NCBI GenBank assembly: GCA_003598055.1
Contig: QZKI01000095.1
Location: 11,194 to 75,193 of the forward strand
DNA from: Candidatus Abyssobacteria bacterium SURF_17
GTDB lineage: Bacteria; Abyssobacteria; SURF-5
Direction: 5' to 3'
Length of the DNA stretch: 64,000 bases
Positions 38,188 to 48,866 of the stretch are shown here, one piece after another; the stretch's first letter is position 1; each line of letters starts with the position of its first letter. The notes below the pieces were generated by a model that saw only the letters and a list, made by a program, of their open reading frames with translations, did no database searches and had not been told where the DNA came from. A program made the position numbers and the translations under genes.

Positions 38188-40740
38188 ATGACTTGCAGAT
38201 GGAAAACGTCGGATATCCACAAATTCGTAGAGGGAGAACTCGGTCGGAAAGGGGCGGCTGAGTTCCAGAACCACATGCGACAGTGCCCGCGCTGTTCCGA
38301 ATTAATGAAACAATTCGCGAAGGAGAAGGCGCTGATCGAAGATGCCCTTGCCGCGCGCATATCCGCACCCGATGTGACGGATGCCGTCATTCAGGCTGTT
38401 CGCAGTCCAGGAACGCATTGGAGAATGAAGGGGAGGATGAGGCGCTTCATGAAAAAGGCGCTCATTGCAGCCGCCGCATGCACGGCCGCCGTCCTCGTCG
38501 CGGGCTATCTGTTCGTGCATTTCTATTTTCAAAGGACCTTTCCCTACGAGCTCAAGCAAACGGTCATACGCTGCTCGGCCGGGATAGAACGAAGCAGCGG
38601 CGACGCCGACTGGCAGCCAGTTCGCTCCGGCGATACTCTGAGGAAGGGCGTGCTTATACGGACTCCCGAAAAAGCTTCCTCTTTCCTGTCCATGAACGGA
38701 ATCAGGTTGTGGACGCAAGGCGAAGTTCGTTTTGAGGCGCAAGGCCCTCGTACCTTCTCGCTTCATAAGGGCGAACTATTTGTTGCCATACACGAGAGGA
38801 AGCAATCCTTGACCCTTGTTGCGGGCGATGCCTCGCTTCGGTCAGGCAACGGAGTCTTCCGGGTCGCGCGTTCGGACGGGGGCATTTCGGCAGGAGTCGT
38901 GTCGGGCAGCGTAGACATCACGGCGCCGGACGGGCGAACGCGGTCGCTGACATCGCGCCAAAATATCACGCTAGGGGATGTCGGTTCAGGAGTCGAGCTC
39001 GTATATGGAGAGGTTGTCAATCCATTCACGCGTCTGAAGCCCTCAGTCCTCGAACGCATAAAGGAACGCTTCGCCAAGGTGATTGCGCAATACCTTCCAC
39101 AACACATGATGGCCGGACGGCTCGGGGCGAGATATGCAGAGCCCCCTGCCCTCGCCCTGTGGAGCCGGCCCGAAGGGATGTTCGAATTTGCATTTTATCG
39201 CCCGACGAGCGCTTCACTGAGGTTTGGACAGACGGGGGCTCAGGGGCTCGGCGACTATTACGAAAGTCTCTTTTCTCCGTCCAATCGGGTTATCCTGATA
39301 GGGAAAGAGAAAGTCGTGCCGCTCGAACCCACCAAAGGGGGTACGTGGCCCACGTGGTCCCATGACGGCTCGATGATTGCCTTCAACGAAACGGAACGAA
39401 ACGGCCCATTCACCCGCGCGCGTGTGGTTCGGCTCGATGACCTGAACAATCCATGGGATATCTCTCAGGAATACGATACCGTGTTGCCGATGTTCGGCCT
39501 CACCTGGTCGCCTGACGACCGCCACGTCCTATTCCTCGTGACCGATAATCTCGAGTACCATGGTCCAACCAATTATAGATGGAATGGGCCCTACAAGATC
39601 AAGATAGCCCCGCTCGACCCGGCCGAAGAGCCATTGCGTGATTTCGACAGCCCCTTTTACGATATCCCCCTGCCGCTTCCGATTCCGGTTGGCAAGACGA
39701 TCTCGCCCGAAATCCTCAAGCTGCCGTGGGGCGACGCGATGCTCTGCGCTAATTGGGGCAATCTCGCCTACATCCCGGTCGAGCCGGACGGTCAGTCGGT
39801 CTCAAATGCTCCGGGTATGTTCTTGACGAACTTCAACCCGCGCGAATTCTTCGTGATGGGAGGAAGCTGGTCGCCTTCCGGCAGCAAGGTTTGCTTCACA
39901 GCAGTGAAGAATCTGAATTTTACCCCGCTGAACGCCTATATCCTATACGACGTCGAAGACATACTCGACGGGTTCGCCGAACCCCCACGGTCGGTGGATG
40001 ACCCAAGAATCAAACAGGTCGACCCAACAGAAAACGGCCAATTCTCCGCAGGATTCTCCTACGATGAGTCAATTGTCTTCTTTCACGAGGATGTCAACGG
40101 CACGTTCCGAACCGAGATGCCCACTGCGATTTGGAACTCCGATTTCGACCTGTTCTACGGCAGCGCGCTGCGGGACGACGCGGGAAGGTCCACTCAGATT
40201 CATCTTCCGGGCAACCAGATGTTCCACACGCTCTCACCCGAGGGAAATCGCTTGGCTTACTGCAATTACACGCTCAATCAGTACGAGATGCGAATTGTGA
40301 GCTTCGACATCGAGGCCGACATCGATGCGGACCTTGGCGGCGTGCTCATCGACAATAGCGGCACCAATCTCATCGTGCCGCCCGGCGCGCTCGAGGAAAA
40401 CCTCAAGGTCAGAATCAGCACACCGTTCTCCATAGGGGAGGAAGCCGAAATCCCCTCGGGTGAGAGCCATTTCTTTGCCATGCGGCTCATCGATGCCGCC
40501 GGTATCGGGAATCCCAAATTCATCGAGCCAATGACCCTGACCATTCGGTATACTGACGACGAGGTGACCGGACTCGACGAGGGCATGCTCGAAATCTACC
40601 ACTACGACGAGAGCGACCCCGAGCATCCCGTTTGGGTCCCGCTCGGCGGCACCGTCGAACCCGACCACAACGAAATCACCGTCGAAATCCGCCACTTCTC
40701 AAAATTCTCAGTCGGCGGGAAAAGGTTTGGGAAACCATGA
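38188..40740 (+). CDS. Anti-sigma factor: zinc finger, TM, FecR-like domain, TolB-like propeller and C-terminal ZU5-like domain
   Basis: HMRQCPRC (HxxxCxxC); TM ALIAAAACTAAVLVAGYLF; FecR-like LHKGEL/VVSGSV; WSHDG, WSPDD, WSPSG; VPPGAL...IRHFSKF; starts 1 nt after the sigma stop. Confidence 0.78.
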   Translation: MTCRWKTSDIHKFVEGELGRKGAAEFQNHMRQCPRCSELMKQFAKEKALIEDALAARISAPDVTDAVIQAVRSPGTHWRMKGRMRRFMKKALIAAAACTAAVLVAGYLFVHFYFQRTFPYELKQTVIRCSAGIERSSGDADWQPVRSGDTLRKGVLIRTPEKASSFLSMNGIRLWTQGEVRFEAQGPRTFSLHKGELFVAIHERKQSLTLVAGDASLRSGNGVFRVARSDGGISAGVVSGSVDITAPDGRTRSLTSRQNITLGDVGSGVELVYGEVVNPFTRLKPSVLERIKERFAKVIAQYLPQHMMAGRLGARYAEPPALALWSRPEGMFEFAFYRPTSASLRFGQTGAQGLGDYYESLFSPSNRVILIGKEKVVPLEPTKGGTWPTWSHDGSMIAFNETERNGPFTRARVVRLDDLNNPWDISQEYDTVLPMFGLTWSPDDRHVLFLVTDNLEYHGPTNYRWNGPYKIKIAPLDPAEEPLRDFDSPFYDIPLPLPIPVGKTISPEILKLPWGDAMLCANWGNLAYIPVEPDGQSVSNAPGMFLTNFNPREFFVMGGSWSPSGSKVCFTAVKNLNFTPLNAYILYDVEDILDGFAEPPRSVDDPRIKQVDPTENGQFSAGFSYDESIVFFHEDVNGTFRTEMPTAIWNSDFDLFYGSALRDDAGRSTQIHLPGNQMFHTLSPEGNRLAYCNYTLNQYEMRIVSFDIEADIDADLGGVLIDNSGTNLIVPPGALEENLKVRISTPFSIGEEAEIPSGESHFFAMRLIDAAGIGNPKFIEPMTLTIRYTDDEVTGLDEGMLEIYHYDESDPEHPVWVPLGGTVEPDHNEITVEIRHFSKFSVGGKRFGKP

Positions 40741-40881
40741 AAAAAGACGTTCTTTTTACACTTTATAGTAACTTCATAACTAATTTAAATAATAGATGTT
40801 ATAATATTCGAGTTAATGTATTACTTGAAGTCGTCGGGCAGTCGTAGCCGCCTGAATTTTAGCAGGAAGAAAGGAGAGACC

Positions 40882-42504
40882 ATGCAGTCACGGGCAAGTA
40901 TCCTCCGGGCTCACACATTTATGGTGCTCTTAACCGTTTGTTTAGCCGCACCCGCTGTCTGCGAAGGTGCCGAGGTGGTGGACACATCCGCCATCGTGGT
41001 GACAGAAGGGGTCGGGTTTGACGGAATTGCTGTCGGCAATCGGCGATGCACAAAGGAGTTCATCAAGAAAAAGCTTGGGCCGCCACAAGAAGAGCAAGAG
41101 AATTGGCTTAATTATCGGGGAACGTCCGGGCTCGACTTTGCCATGGCCTCTGATATGGACATGCTCGTGGAAATCCGTCTTAATGAAGGATTCGCGGGTA
41201 AACTCACCTCGGGCGTTTCAATGTCCTCCTCGATGGACGATGTATTCAAGGCCTACGGCAAACCCTTTGCACAGGAAGAGGTCAAACGTCTACTTCCACA
41301 TTTCGGGAATAGAATACTCTACACGATGGGGAACTTTAGCAAAATCAGCTATATCGACAAAGGGTTGCTATTTTGGTTTGACAGAGGCCAAATCACTCAG
41401 ATAGTGATCACCCGGAGGAGACCTTCCGCCCGGACCGTCGAGCAGCAAGCGGCGGGCGTTTCCTTTGAGCCGATGACGAGGCAAGAGGCCCTCGAAGAAC
41501 TAGAGAAGCTAGGGATTCCGTTCACTTCAGAGGAATTCTTGAAAACCTTGGACAGGCGGGACACCACAGCAGCGCATCTTTTCATCATCGCTGGAATCAA
41601 TCCCAACGCGAGAGATGAAGACGAGCAAACAGCGCTCATGCTTGCATCGCGCCGAGGCCAGACCGACATCGTGAAAGTGCTTCTCGAAAAAGGCGCCGAT
41701 GTGAGCCCGCGGGAAACGAAATTCGGCTGGACCGCCTTCCTGCTTGCGGCAAATGGCGGGCACACCGAGGTTGCAAGGATGCTCCTCGACAGGGGGGTTG
41801 ACGTGAACATGAAAACCAACGAGGGAATGACTGGATTAATAGGCGCGGCCTCCTATGGGCATACAGAGACTGTCGAGCTGCTCCTCGACAGAGGAGCGGA
41901 CGTGAATGCAAGAAACAGGTACGGTCTAACGCCGCTCATGAGCGCCGCGGAAGGCGGGCATTCCGAGATTGTGCGGATGTTGCTCGACAAAGGAGCAGAC
42001 GTTCACACGACGAGCAGTGGCGGCGCGACAGCTTTTTCTCTTGCGGCAAGTAAGGGAAGTACCGATATCCTTCGCATGCTGCTCGAAGAGGGCGCCAATA
42101 TCAATGAGGCTTCCGACGATGGTGACACGGCCCTGATGGCTGCTGCTGCAGGCGGGCGTACGGATGCCGTAAAATTCCTCTTGCAACGGGGAGCCGACGT
42201 GAATGCGAGGGAGAACACCTATGGCTGGACGCCGTTGATGCGTTCAATTATGTCCGGGCGCGCGAGCACTGTGGATGCCTTGATAGATGCAGGAGCCAAT
42301 ACGAACACCGCTCTTGCAGACGGGACAACCGCGCTTATGTTGGCGGCGTGGAGCGCCAACGTCGATATCGTGAAAACGCTGCTGAATAGGGGCGCTGACC
42401 CGAATGCGAAGGACCAGAATGGCAGAACAGCCTTGGACCGTGCGAAAGAGCTGGACCATACCGACATTATTCAGTTGCTCGTGGCGAGAGGAGCGAAAGA
42501 ATAG
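40882..42504 (+). CDS. Secreted ankyrin repeat protein
   Basis: Signal-peptide-like N-terminus; about nine G-x-TALMxAAxxGxxDxVxxLLxxGADVN repeats; AAGGAG RBS. Confidence 0.92.
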   Translation: MQSRASILRAHTFMVLLTVCLAAPAVCEGAEVVDTSAIVVTEGVGFDGIAVGNRRCTKEFIKKKLGPPQEEQENWLNYRGTSGLDFAMASDMDMLVEIRLNEGFAGKLTSGVSMSSSMDDVFKAYGKPFAQEEVKRLLPHFGNRILYTMGNFSKISYIDKGLLFWFDRGQITQIVITRRRPSARTVEQQAAGVSFEPMTRQEALEELEKLGIPFTSEEFLKTLDRRDTTAAHLFIIAGINPNARDEDEQTALMLASRRGQTDIVKVLLEKGADVSPRETKFGWTAFLLAANGGHTEVARMLLDRGVDVNMKTNEGMTGLIGAASYGHTETVELLLDRGADVNARNRYGLTPLMSAAEGGHSEIVRMLLDKGADVHTTSSGGATAFSLAASKGSTDILRMLLEEGANINEASDDGDTALMAAAAGGRTDAVKFLLQRGADVNARENTYGWTPLMRSIMSGRASTVDALIDAGANTNTALADGTTALMLAAWSANVDIVKTLLNRGADPNAKDQNGRTALDRAKELDHTDIIQLLVARGAKE

Positions 42505-42773
42505 ATTATTGCCGAAGGAATCGCCAGAGTGCTGTGATTCAGAGAGCCGTTGTGATATAATACGGGTTGGTTGACATCGGGTTGTGTCCTCAAGACGGAT
42601 TTCAGGGGGGACGTTATGACCGATGTCTTTTCTTTTTGTGCCAGTCGTCCCGTCGGCAAGATTCTCCTGAAGGCGCCATGCCAGAACGTGAGGAGAAGGC
42701 TTTTTTAGTATCTGGAGTGACCATCCCAGTAGTTGAATTGCTGAGCGAGCTCCAAGAGAAGAGGCAAAGGACC

Positions 42774-44210
42774 GTGGATAGAACCGAGTTGCGACAGGGC
42801 ATATTAGCCCGCGTCTATGACCGTATAGACAGCGATTTCCCGAAGCACCTCGAACGCTGCCGCGCATTTTTGCGGCAGAAAAGCGTGTCCGCCACGGGAG
42901 ATGGAATTCGGGAGACGGCACAGCAGGTGAAGTCGTTCATCGAGGAAATCGGCGGAAATGCTGCGTTTTGGGGAAATCCCGCCTTCCCGATTGTATGGGG
43001 ACGCGTCAAGGGCGAGAGCGACAGGACCCTTATAATCTATGGAATGTACGACGTCCAGCCGGCGGACGAGCCCAATTGGATGAGCCCGCCGTTTGAGGCG
43101 GCAATTCACACCTTGCCGCATATCGGCGAATGCGTGATTGCGAGGGGCGCCTATAATTCGAAGGGTGTATTATGCGGCCTGTTTAACTCCCTGAAGACCC
43201 TCGTCGAGACTGATAAGATTCCGGTTAATCTCATCTTTGTTATTGAAGGAGAGGAGGAAGTCGGCAGCCTTCAAATCGAAGAGTTCATCCGAACGCACAG
43301 GGATGAACTCAAGGCGGATGCCGCAGCCGACTTCGATTTCTCGCAGGACAGCAGGGGCCGCGTACGCATGCATTTGGGGCTCAAGGGCATCGTGTATATG
43401 GACCTCATATGTCGAGGCGGAAAGAAGGGCGGTCCTGCGGAAACGTCGCTCCACGGGGCAGACAGCGCATGGCTCTCCTCTCCAGCGTGGCGACTGGTGC
43501 ACGCACTGAGCTCCCTCACCGACAGCGAGGAAAACATTATCATCCGGGGCTTTTGCGACAACGTGGCTCCTCCGAGCGCGCAAGACATGGAGTCGCTCGA
43601 AAAATTGAAGACATCGTTTGATGAGAAGGTTTTCCTCAAAGAAATGAGAGGCATCTGCTTCAAATGCAATCGGCAGGGTATAGACCTGCTCGTTAAAGGT
43701 CTCTATTCGCCCATCATCAATATAAACGGGTTTCGTACCGGTTATGATGGGCCCGGGACCAAGACCCTTCTCCCCAGAAAGGCGACCGCCAAGGTTGACA
43801 TCCGTTTCGGTCCGAAGATGGAACCGGAGGAGGTCGTAGAGAAATTCAAGGCTCACCTGTTCAGCACGGGTTTCGATGATATAGAAGTACGCGTGAGGGA
43901 CAGTTACACGTGGTCAAAGACGGACGTTTCCGAATCGGTTGTTCAGGACATGCTCGCCGCCTATCGCTCGCTCGACGTGGAACCCGAAGTGTGGCCCATC
44001 GCCACATGGACAGCCCCCTACTTTGTCTTTTCCCGAATCCTCGGCCTTCCGGTCGTTGGAGGCGGGCTCGGGCACGGCGGCCGGGCGCATGCAGCCAATG
44101 AATATATGACAGTCAGCGGATTGAGAGACTTCGAGAAATTCGTCGTAACGTTCCTCCATCTCGCCGCCGCCAGCCAAAAGGGGGTCGCGGCCACGCCAAA
44201 CGGTTCATGA
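42774..44210 (+). CDS. M20/M25/M40 family metallo-hydrolase (dipeptidase-like)
   Basis: MYDVQP, ARGAYNSKG, EGEEEVGS and HAANE motifs; start uncertain (42678 or 42774). Confidence 0.88.
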   Translation: MDRTELRQGILARVYDRIDSDFPKHLERCRAFLRQKSVSATGDGIRETAQQVKSFIEEIGGNAAFWGNPAFPIVWGRVKGESDRTLIIYGMYDVQPADEPNWMSPPFEAAIHTLPHIGECVIARGAYNSKGVLCGLFNSLKTLVETDKIPVNLIFVIEGEEEVGSLQIEEFIRTHRDELKADAAADFDFSQDSRGRVRMHLGLKGIVYMDLICRGGKKGGPAETSLHGADSAWLSSPAWRLVHALSSLTDSEENIIIRGFCDNVAPPSAQDMESLEKLKTSFDEKVFLKEMRGICFKCNRQGIDLLVKGLYSPIININGFRTGYDGPGTKTLLPRKATAKVDIRFGPKMEPEEVVEKFKAHLFSTGFDDIEVRVRDSYTWSKTDVSESVVQDMLAAYRSLDVEPEVWPIATWTAPYFVFSRILGLPVVGGGLGHGGRAHAANEYMTVSGLRDFEKFVVTFLHLAAASQKGVAATPNGS

Positions 44211-44323
44211 TGGAACTGCCTGCGCCGGATATCACCCCGGGTTGAGAGCAGGCTTTTCTTCTCTGACCGGCCATTTCGATGCACTCCATCAATATGGTGA
44301 AACAGAAGAATCGATAACTATAT

Positions 44324-45709
44324 ATGGAATCACGAGAACGCGAAGACCTTAAGAACTCCATCTATGAGGGCATGTTGGCGCATGTGTTCGCCACCCTCAC
44401 GGGCGGAATGTTTCTCACCGGTTTTGCGCTGTACCTTGGCATGGACGAGCTCAAGATTGGGCTCTTGGGCGCAATGCCGTTCATGGTTGCAGTATTTCAA
44501 TTGCCCGCCTCGCATCTCATGGAGAAACACGGGGGGAGAAGGAGAGTCTGGTTCTGGAGTTCTGCCATTGGTCGGGTAACCTGGCTTTCCGTTCTGATTT
44601 TTGCGCTGATGCCGATTTTGCCGACATCTTTCAAAATGCTCATCGTGCTTTGCCTCATTTTCCTCTCATATAGCTGCAATTCGGTGAGCTCTGTGTCGTG
44701 GCTCTCGCTCATGTCTGATATTGTTCCTGAAGGCATTCGAGGCCGCTTCTTTGGAACGAGAAATATGCTCTGTGGCACGGCCGGCATGATAGCCATACTT
44801 GTTTTCGGCAACTCTCTCGACTATCTGAGGGAGCATCTTAGTGAAGGATTGCCGCTTGGGTTCAGTATCATTTTTGGCTCGGCCGTGCTGGCTGGCGTCT
44901 GGAGCTTGCGGTTTTTGAACCGAATTCGGGAACCGCAAGTGAAAAAAGCGGTGCACGGCGGTTCGTTTCAAGAAAATGCCTTCATCGCCTTCAAAGACGC
45001 CAACTTCAGGAGATTCATTCTCTTCGCATTGGCGTGGAGCTTCTCGGTTCATTTCGCGGCCCCTTTCTTCACGCTCTATTTTCTGAGGGATATGGGCTTC
45101 AGCTATGGTTTCGTGGCTGTGTTAAACATCACGGCAGCTACGGCAGACCTGCTCGGAATGCGTTTGTGGGGCGGAATCTCGGACAAGGTGAGAAACAGGC
45201 CCATCATTCGAGTTGGCACCCTGATCACCGCATTCATTCCACTCGCCTGGATACTGGTCACGCCCCAGAGCCGTGTTCTTCCCATTCTGATCAACACGGT
45301 TGCCGGTCTGTTCTGGGCGGGCATCAACCTCTGCATGAACAACATGCTCCTGCGGATATCGCCGAGGGAGAACAAGAGCATGTTCTTGTCAACGTACAAT
45401 ATTCTGGCGGGATTGGGCGCGGCATCGGGTCCTATTTTAGCGGGATGGATACTCAAGTCACTCGCTGATGCGAACATGATGATTTTCTCATGGAAGGTGC
45501 TTCCCATTTACATCATTTTCTTGGTTTCAGCTGCGGGTCGGTTGATAAGCCGCAATATTCTAAGGAACGTTCGCGAGCCTGAGGAGGGGGAAGTCGGAGA
45601 ACTCATACGAATCCTCGGGAGTATCCGCGGGCTGAACGTAGCAAGCGGGTTCAATTATCTGCTGCATCCGTTCATCGCATTTGCAAAGAACAGTCGCAAT
45701 CGGCAATAA
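44324..45709 (+). CDS. MFS transporter
   Basis: About 12 TM segments; VPEGIRGRFFG and WGGISDK motifs. Confidence 0.88.
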   Translation: MESREREDLKNSIYEGMLAHVFATLTGGMFLTGFALYLGMDELKIGLLGAMPFMVAVFQLPASHLMEKHGGRRRVWFWSSAIGRVTWLSVLIFALMPILPTSFKMLIVLCLIFLSYSCNSVSSVSWLSLMSDIVPEGIRGRFFGTRNMLCGTAGMIAILVFGNSLDYLREHLSEGLPLGFSIIFGSAVLAGVWSLRFLNRIREPQVKKAVHGGSFQENAFIAFKDANFRRFILFALAWSFSVHFAAPFFTLYFLRDMGFSYGFVAVLNITAATADLLGMRLWGGISDKVRNRPIIRVGTLITAFIPLAWILVTPQSRVLPILINTVAGLFWAGINLCMNNMLLRISPRENKSMFLSTYNILAGLGAASGPILAGWILKSLADANMMIFSWKVLPIYIIFLVSAAGRLISRNILRNVREPEEGEVGELIRILGSIRGLNVASGFNYLLHPFIAFAKNSRNRQ

Positions 45710-45792
45710 TGTTGGGATATGGCCGCTTGGATGTAGGTTGAAGAGTTCTAGACGTCATTTATAGGCCTCTCCTCGTGATGGAAGGAGAAATC

Positions 45793-46557
45793 ATGAAAAC
45801 AGTTAAGATTATGCCGTGCCTGGATATGAAAGATGGGCGCGTGGTCAAAGGCATTCATTTCGTTGACTTGAAAGACGCAGGCGACCCGGTCGAGAACGCC
45901 AAGCTCTACCAGAAGGAGGGGGCAGATGAACTGGCAATGCTCGATATCGCAGCCACACTCGAGAATCGCAAGACTCGCCTCGCGTGGATACGGAGCGTTT
46001 CCTCCGTGATAGATATCCCGCTTACGGTTGGCGGGGGAATCGGAAGCCTCGATGATATCGAATCAGTGCTCGACGCTGGCGCGAATAAGATCTCTGTGAA
46101 TAGCGCCGCGGTCAAGAATCCGCAACTCATCAAGCAGGCGGCGGAAAAGTTCGGCTCCGAGAGTATCACTATTGCAATAGACGCCCGGCGGAACAAGCAG
46201 ATGCAGTCCGGCTTCGAGCTTGTTGTCTCGGGCGGCACGAAGCCGGTGGGCAAAGATGCGGTCGAATGGGCGAAGGAGTGTCAGCGTCTGGGGGCGGGCA
46301 CCATCCTCCCTACGAGTATGGACGCCGACGGAACGAAGGCCGGATACGATTTGGAATTCACGCGGGCAATCTCCGATGCGGTCGATCTGCCCGTAGTCGC
46401 TTCCGGCGGGGCCGGCACGCTTGAACATTTCTATGAGGCCGTTGTTAAGGGAGGGGCCGACGTCGTGCTCGCAGCATCAGTGTTCCACTATCGCATCTTC
46501 AGTATTCGGCAGGTGAAAGAGTATCTTCGAGACAAAGGCCTGAAGGTAAATCTTTGA
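45793..46557 (+). CDS. hisF: Imidazole glycerol phosphate synthase cyclase subunit
   Basis: [37 protein letters not shown] and LAASVFH motifs. Confidence 0.93.
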   Translation: MKTVKIMPCLDMKDGRVVKGIHFVDLKDAGDPVENAKLYQKEGADELAMLDIAATLENRKTRLAWIRSVSSVIDIPLTVGGGIGSLDDIESVLDAGANKISVNSAAVKNPQLIKQAAEKFGSESITIAIDARRNKQMQSGFELVVSGGTKPVGKDAVEWAKECQRLGAGTILPTSMDADGTKAGYDLEFTRAISDAVDLPVVASGGAGTLEHFYEAVVKGGADVVLAASVFHYRIFSIRQVKEYLRDKGLKVNL

Positions 46558-46575
46558 GAACTGCCGATTTCGGCG

Positions 46576-46914
46576 CTACTTCGCGTCAATCTTATCATCC
46601 GGCAGGTACGGACACTTGATGAAGATGATCTTTATGGGCGTCTTAGTGTCGTTGAGAATGTCATGCTTTTCGCCCGGAGCCAGCTTGAACACGTCTCCGG
46701 GTGTGACCCGGTGCTCGACGCCGTTCACAATCATGACGGGCGCTGAGTCCGGGAAGTAAAACGTTTCTTCCACCTGATTGTGATAATGGCCGCCGAGCCG
46801 GTCACCCGGTCTGAAGCAGATGACGCCCCACTCGTGCCGCTCGCCCCGGAAAAAGTACTTTGGCCCATGGTCTTCGTGGCGATACTTGAGAACGTTCTCG
46901 TTCACCTTTTCCAT
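46576..46914 (-). CDS. Cupin domain protein
   Basis: HYHNQVEETF...PGEKH motif. Confidence 0.88.
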   Translation of the reverse strand: MEKVNENVLKYRHEDHGPKYFFRGERHEWGVICFRPGDRLGGHYHNQVEETFYFPDSAPVMIVNGVEHRVTPGDVFKLAPGEKHDILNDTKTPIKIIFIKCPYLPDDKIDAK

Positions 46915-46937
46915 GTGGAAACCTCCTGAGGCAGCGT

Positions 46938-47579
46938 CTATGCAGATGAAAGATTTCTTAGTATTCCCGCCGCTTTGTCGAGAGCGGTAACTGCATCACT
47001 ATCCTGCTCCCACTGATTGAACATTTCCGGCGTAATCGTCAGCTCGTGCGCAGCGTCACCAAGCATTTGATACAGTCCGCCGATTGTGCACTCCTTGTGT
47101 CTCCCGCATTTGAAGCATGGTGGCACGCGCGATTGGAACCTGACCACGTCGACGACGTTGACCTCGAAATAGCCGAGCATCGTGCGGAGTTGTTCTTCAG
47201 CGGCATCAAGCATCATCGCGCCGGTGACCACAAGTACGAACGGCTTACCCGCAATCGGGACGCTCACGTGCCGATAGCCGAAGAACCGTTCGAGAAAACT
47301 CATTGCCAGTGTGTTGACCGAATTGAAATACACAGGCGCTCCCACGACAACTGCATCAGCCTCCTTTATTTCCTGATAGTAGGGAAGAAGGTCATCGTCA
47401 AGCCGGCATACCTGCGGACGCGCGCACAAATGCACGCATCCCTTACAACCGGAATAGCTCAGGTCCGCGAGTTTTACAAATTCGCTTTTACCGCCGCTTT
47501 TCTGGAGAATTGCCTTGACCATGCGGTCCACGTTTCCTTCACGTCCTACGCTACCTGCGCTGAATCCCAATATCTTCAT
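46938..47579 (-). CDS. Flavodoxin family / iron-sulfur flavoprotein (NADPH-dependent FMN reductase-like)
   Basis: GCKGCVHLC...C, GAPVYF and ERFF motifs. Confidence 0.85.
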   Translation of the reverse strand: MKILGFSAGSVGREGNVDRMVKAILQKSGGKSEFVKLADLSYSGCKGCVHLCARPQVCRLDDDLLPYYQEIKEADAVVVGAPVYFNSVNTLAMSFLERFFGYRHVSVPIAGKPFVLVVTGAMMLDAAEEQLRTMLGYFEVNVVDVVRFQSRVPPCFKCGRHKECTIGGLYQMLGDAAHELTITPEMFNQWEQDSDAVTALDKAAGILRNLSSA

Positions 47580-47670
47580 CTCACGCCCTTTCTGGTTCAT
47601 AATGCAGCACTTTCTGTCCTGTTGCCATTACTATTGCATACCAGCTGATGCTTTCGCAAGTCGAGCTAAA

Positions 47671-47863
47671 TAGGGACAGAGAGACTGTCTCACGATTCGG
47701 AAACCGGGATTCTTGCTCCGGGGACAGTCCCGAATTTACGGCACTTTCATGCCCGAATTCTTGGGGCAGTCCCCTCCGCAAAAAACGCCGATTTTTCCGG
47801 CTGTAGGGGCACAGCGCGGCGCCCCTGCGTTGCATCCTCGACCGTGGGACACATTCTCTGTCC
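47671..47863. repeat. Cluster of GGGACAGTCCC-type and GTAG-type palindromes
   Basis: GGGACAGAGAGACTGTCTC, GGGACAGTCCC, GGGGCAGTCCCC, GTAGGGGCACAGCGCGGCGCCCCTGC, GGGACACATTCTCTGTCCC. Confidence 0.6.
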
Positions 47864-48040
47864 CTTGCTGCAATTTGAAAACCTGTGGTGAATGGGGTAC
47901 AATATCGTCACACCGCGCCGGGTGCGCGGTGCTCTTTCTTTGCAGCAACGAGAAAGATAGAATCTGTCCTGTAGTTGTCCATGTATGCCCCCGCGGCGCT
48001 TCGCGCCTACAGAGTTGCTGGATAGATTCAGAGAGATTCC

Positions 48041-48847
48041 ATGCTGATTGCATCAGTAAATGGTATTGAGATGTGCTACCTTCTGGCCGATTTCACCGAC
48101 CCGTGGAAGGCCGAGAAGGAATACCTTGTCCTCCTCCATGGCTGGATGGGATGCAAAGAAAGCTGGGTGCGGCAAATCCATTTCTTTTCTCGCGATTTCG
48201 CCGTCCTCGCGCCCGACCTGCGGGGATTCGGCCACTCGTCAAAGCCGGCGCGGGGCTACGCTATGGAAGAGTATGTCCGGGATATCTTGGCGCTCTTCGA
48301 TGTCGTCGGCATCAGGAAAGCGCACGTGCTCGGGCAGTCGTTCGGCGGCATCATCGCGCAGCTTTTCGCAATCACAAGACCCGAGCGCACACAATCGCTC
48401 ATCCTGTGGGCGACACGGAGTGAACCGGTCGGGAAACTTGATATAGACGCTCTAGCCGAACTTATAAAGCGGGAAGGGATGCCCGCATTTGCCGAAATGT
48501 TCTCCGGACAGTTTGCCGATGAGGCGGAACCGGAGATAACCGACTGGAACAAACAGCTTGTCGCACGTGGTCAGCCCCACGCCGCGATTGAGACGCTCCG
48601 CGAGGTGTCACGCATCCATATCACGGCCAAACTTTCCCGCATAAAAGCGCCGACGTTGATTTTGGCGTCAAAAGATGATAAAGTAATTCCGTTCGAATAC
48701 GCGGAAAAGATGCACCGCAGGATTGCGAACTCAACTCTTTATGAGTATCATGGCAGCCACGGCGCCTATCTTAAGAGCCCTGATGAGTGCAACACAGCCA
48801 TATTGAATTTTCTGAAAGCGCATCCGGTTAAGGAAGAGAAAACATAA
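48041..48847 (+). CDS. Alpha/beta fold hydrolase
   Basis: LLHGW, DLRGFGHS and GQSFGG nucleophile elbow; D...H triad candidates. Confidence 0.92.
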   Translation: MLIASVNGIEMCYLLADFTDPWKAEKEYLVLLHGWMGCKESWVRQIHFFSRDFAVLAPDLRGFGHSSKPARGYAMEEYVRDILALFDVVGIRKAHVLGQSFGGIIAQLFAITRPERTQSLILWATRSEPVGKLDIDALAELIKREGMPAFAEMFSGQFADEAEPEITDWNKQLVARGQPHAAIETLREVSRIHITAKLSRIKAPTLILASKDDKVIPFEYAEKMHRRIANSTLYEYHGSHGAYLKSPDECNTAILNFLKAHPVKEEKT

Positions 48848-48866
48848 CCCGATACCTGTAGAAAGA

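Noticed and set aside
41590-42490. ~99-bp periodic repeats
   Set aside because: Explained by ankyrin repeats.
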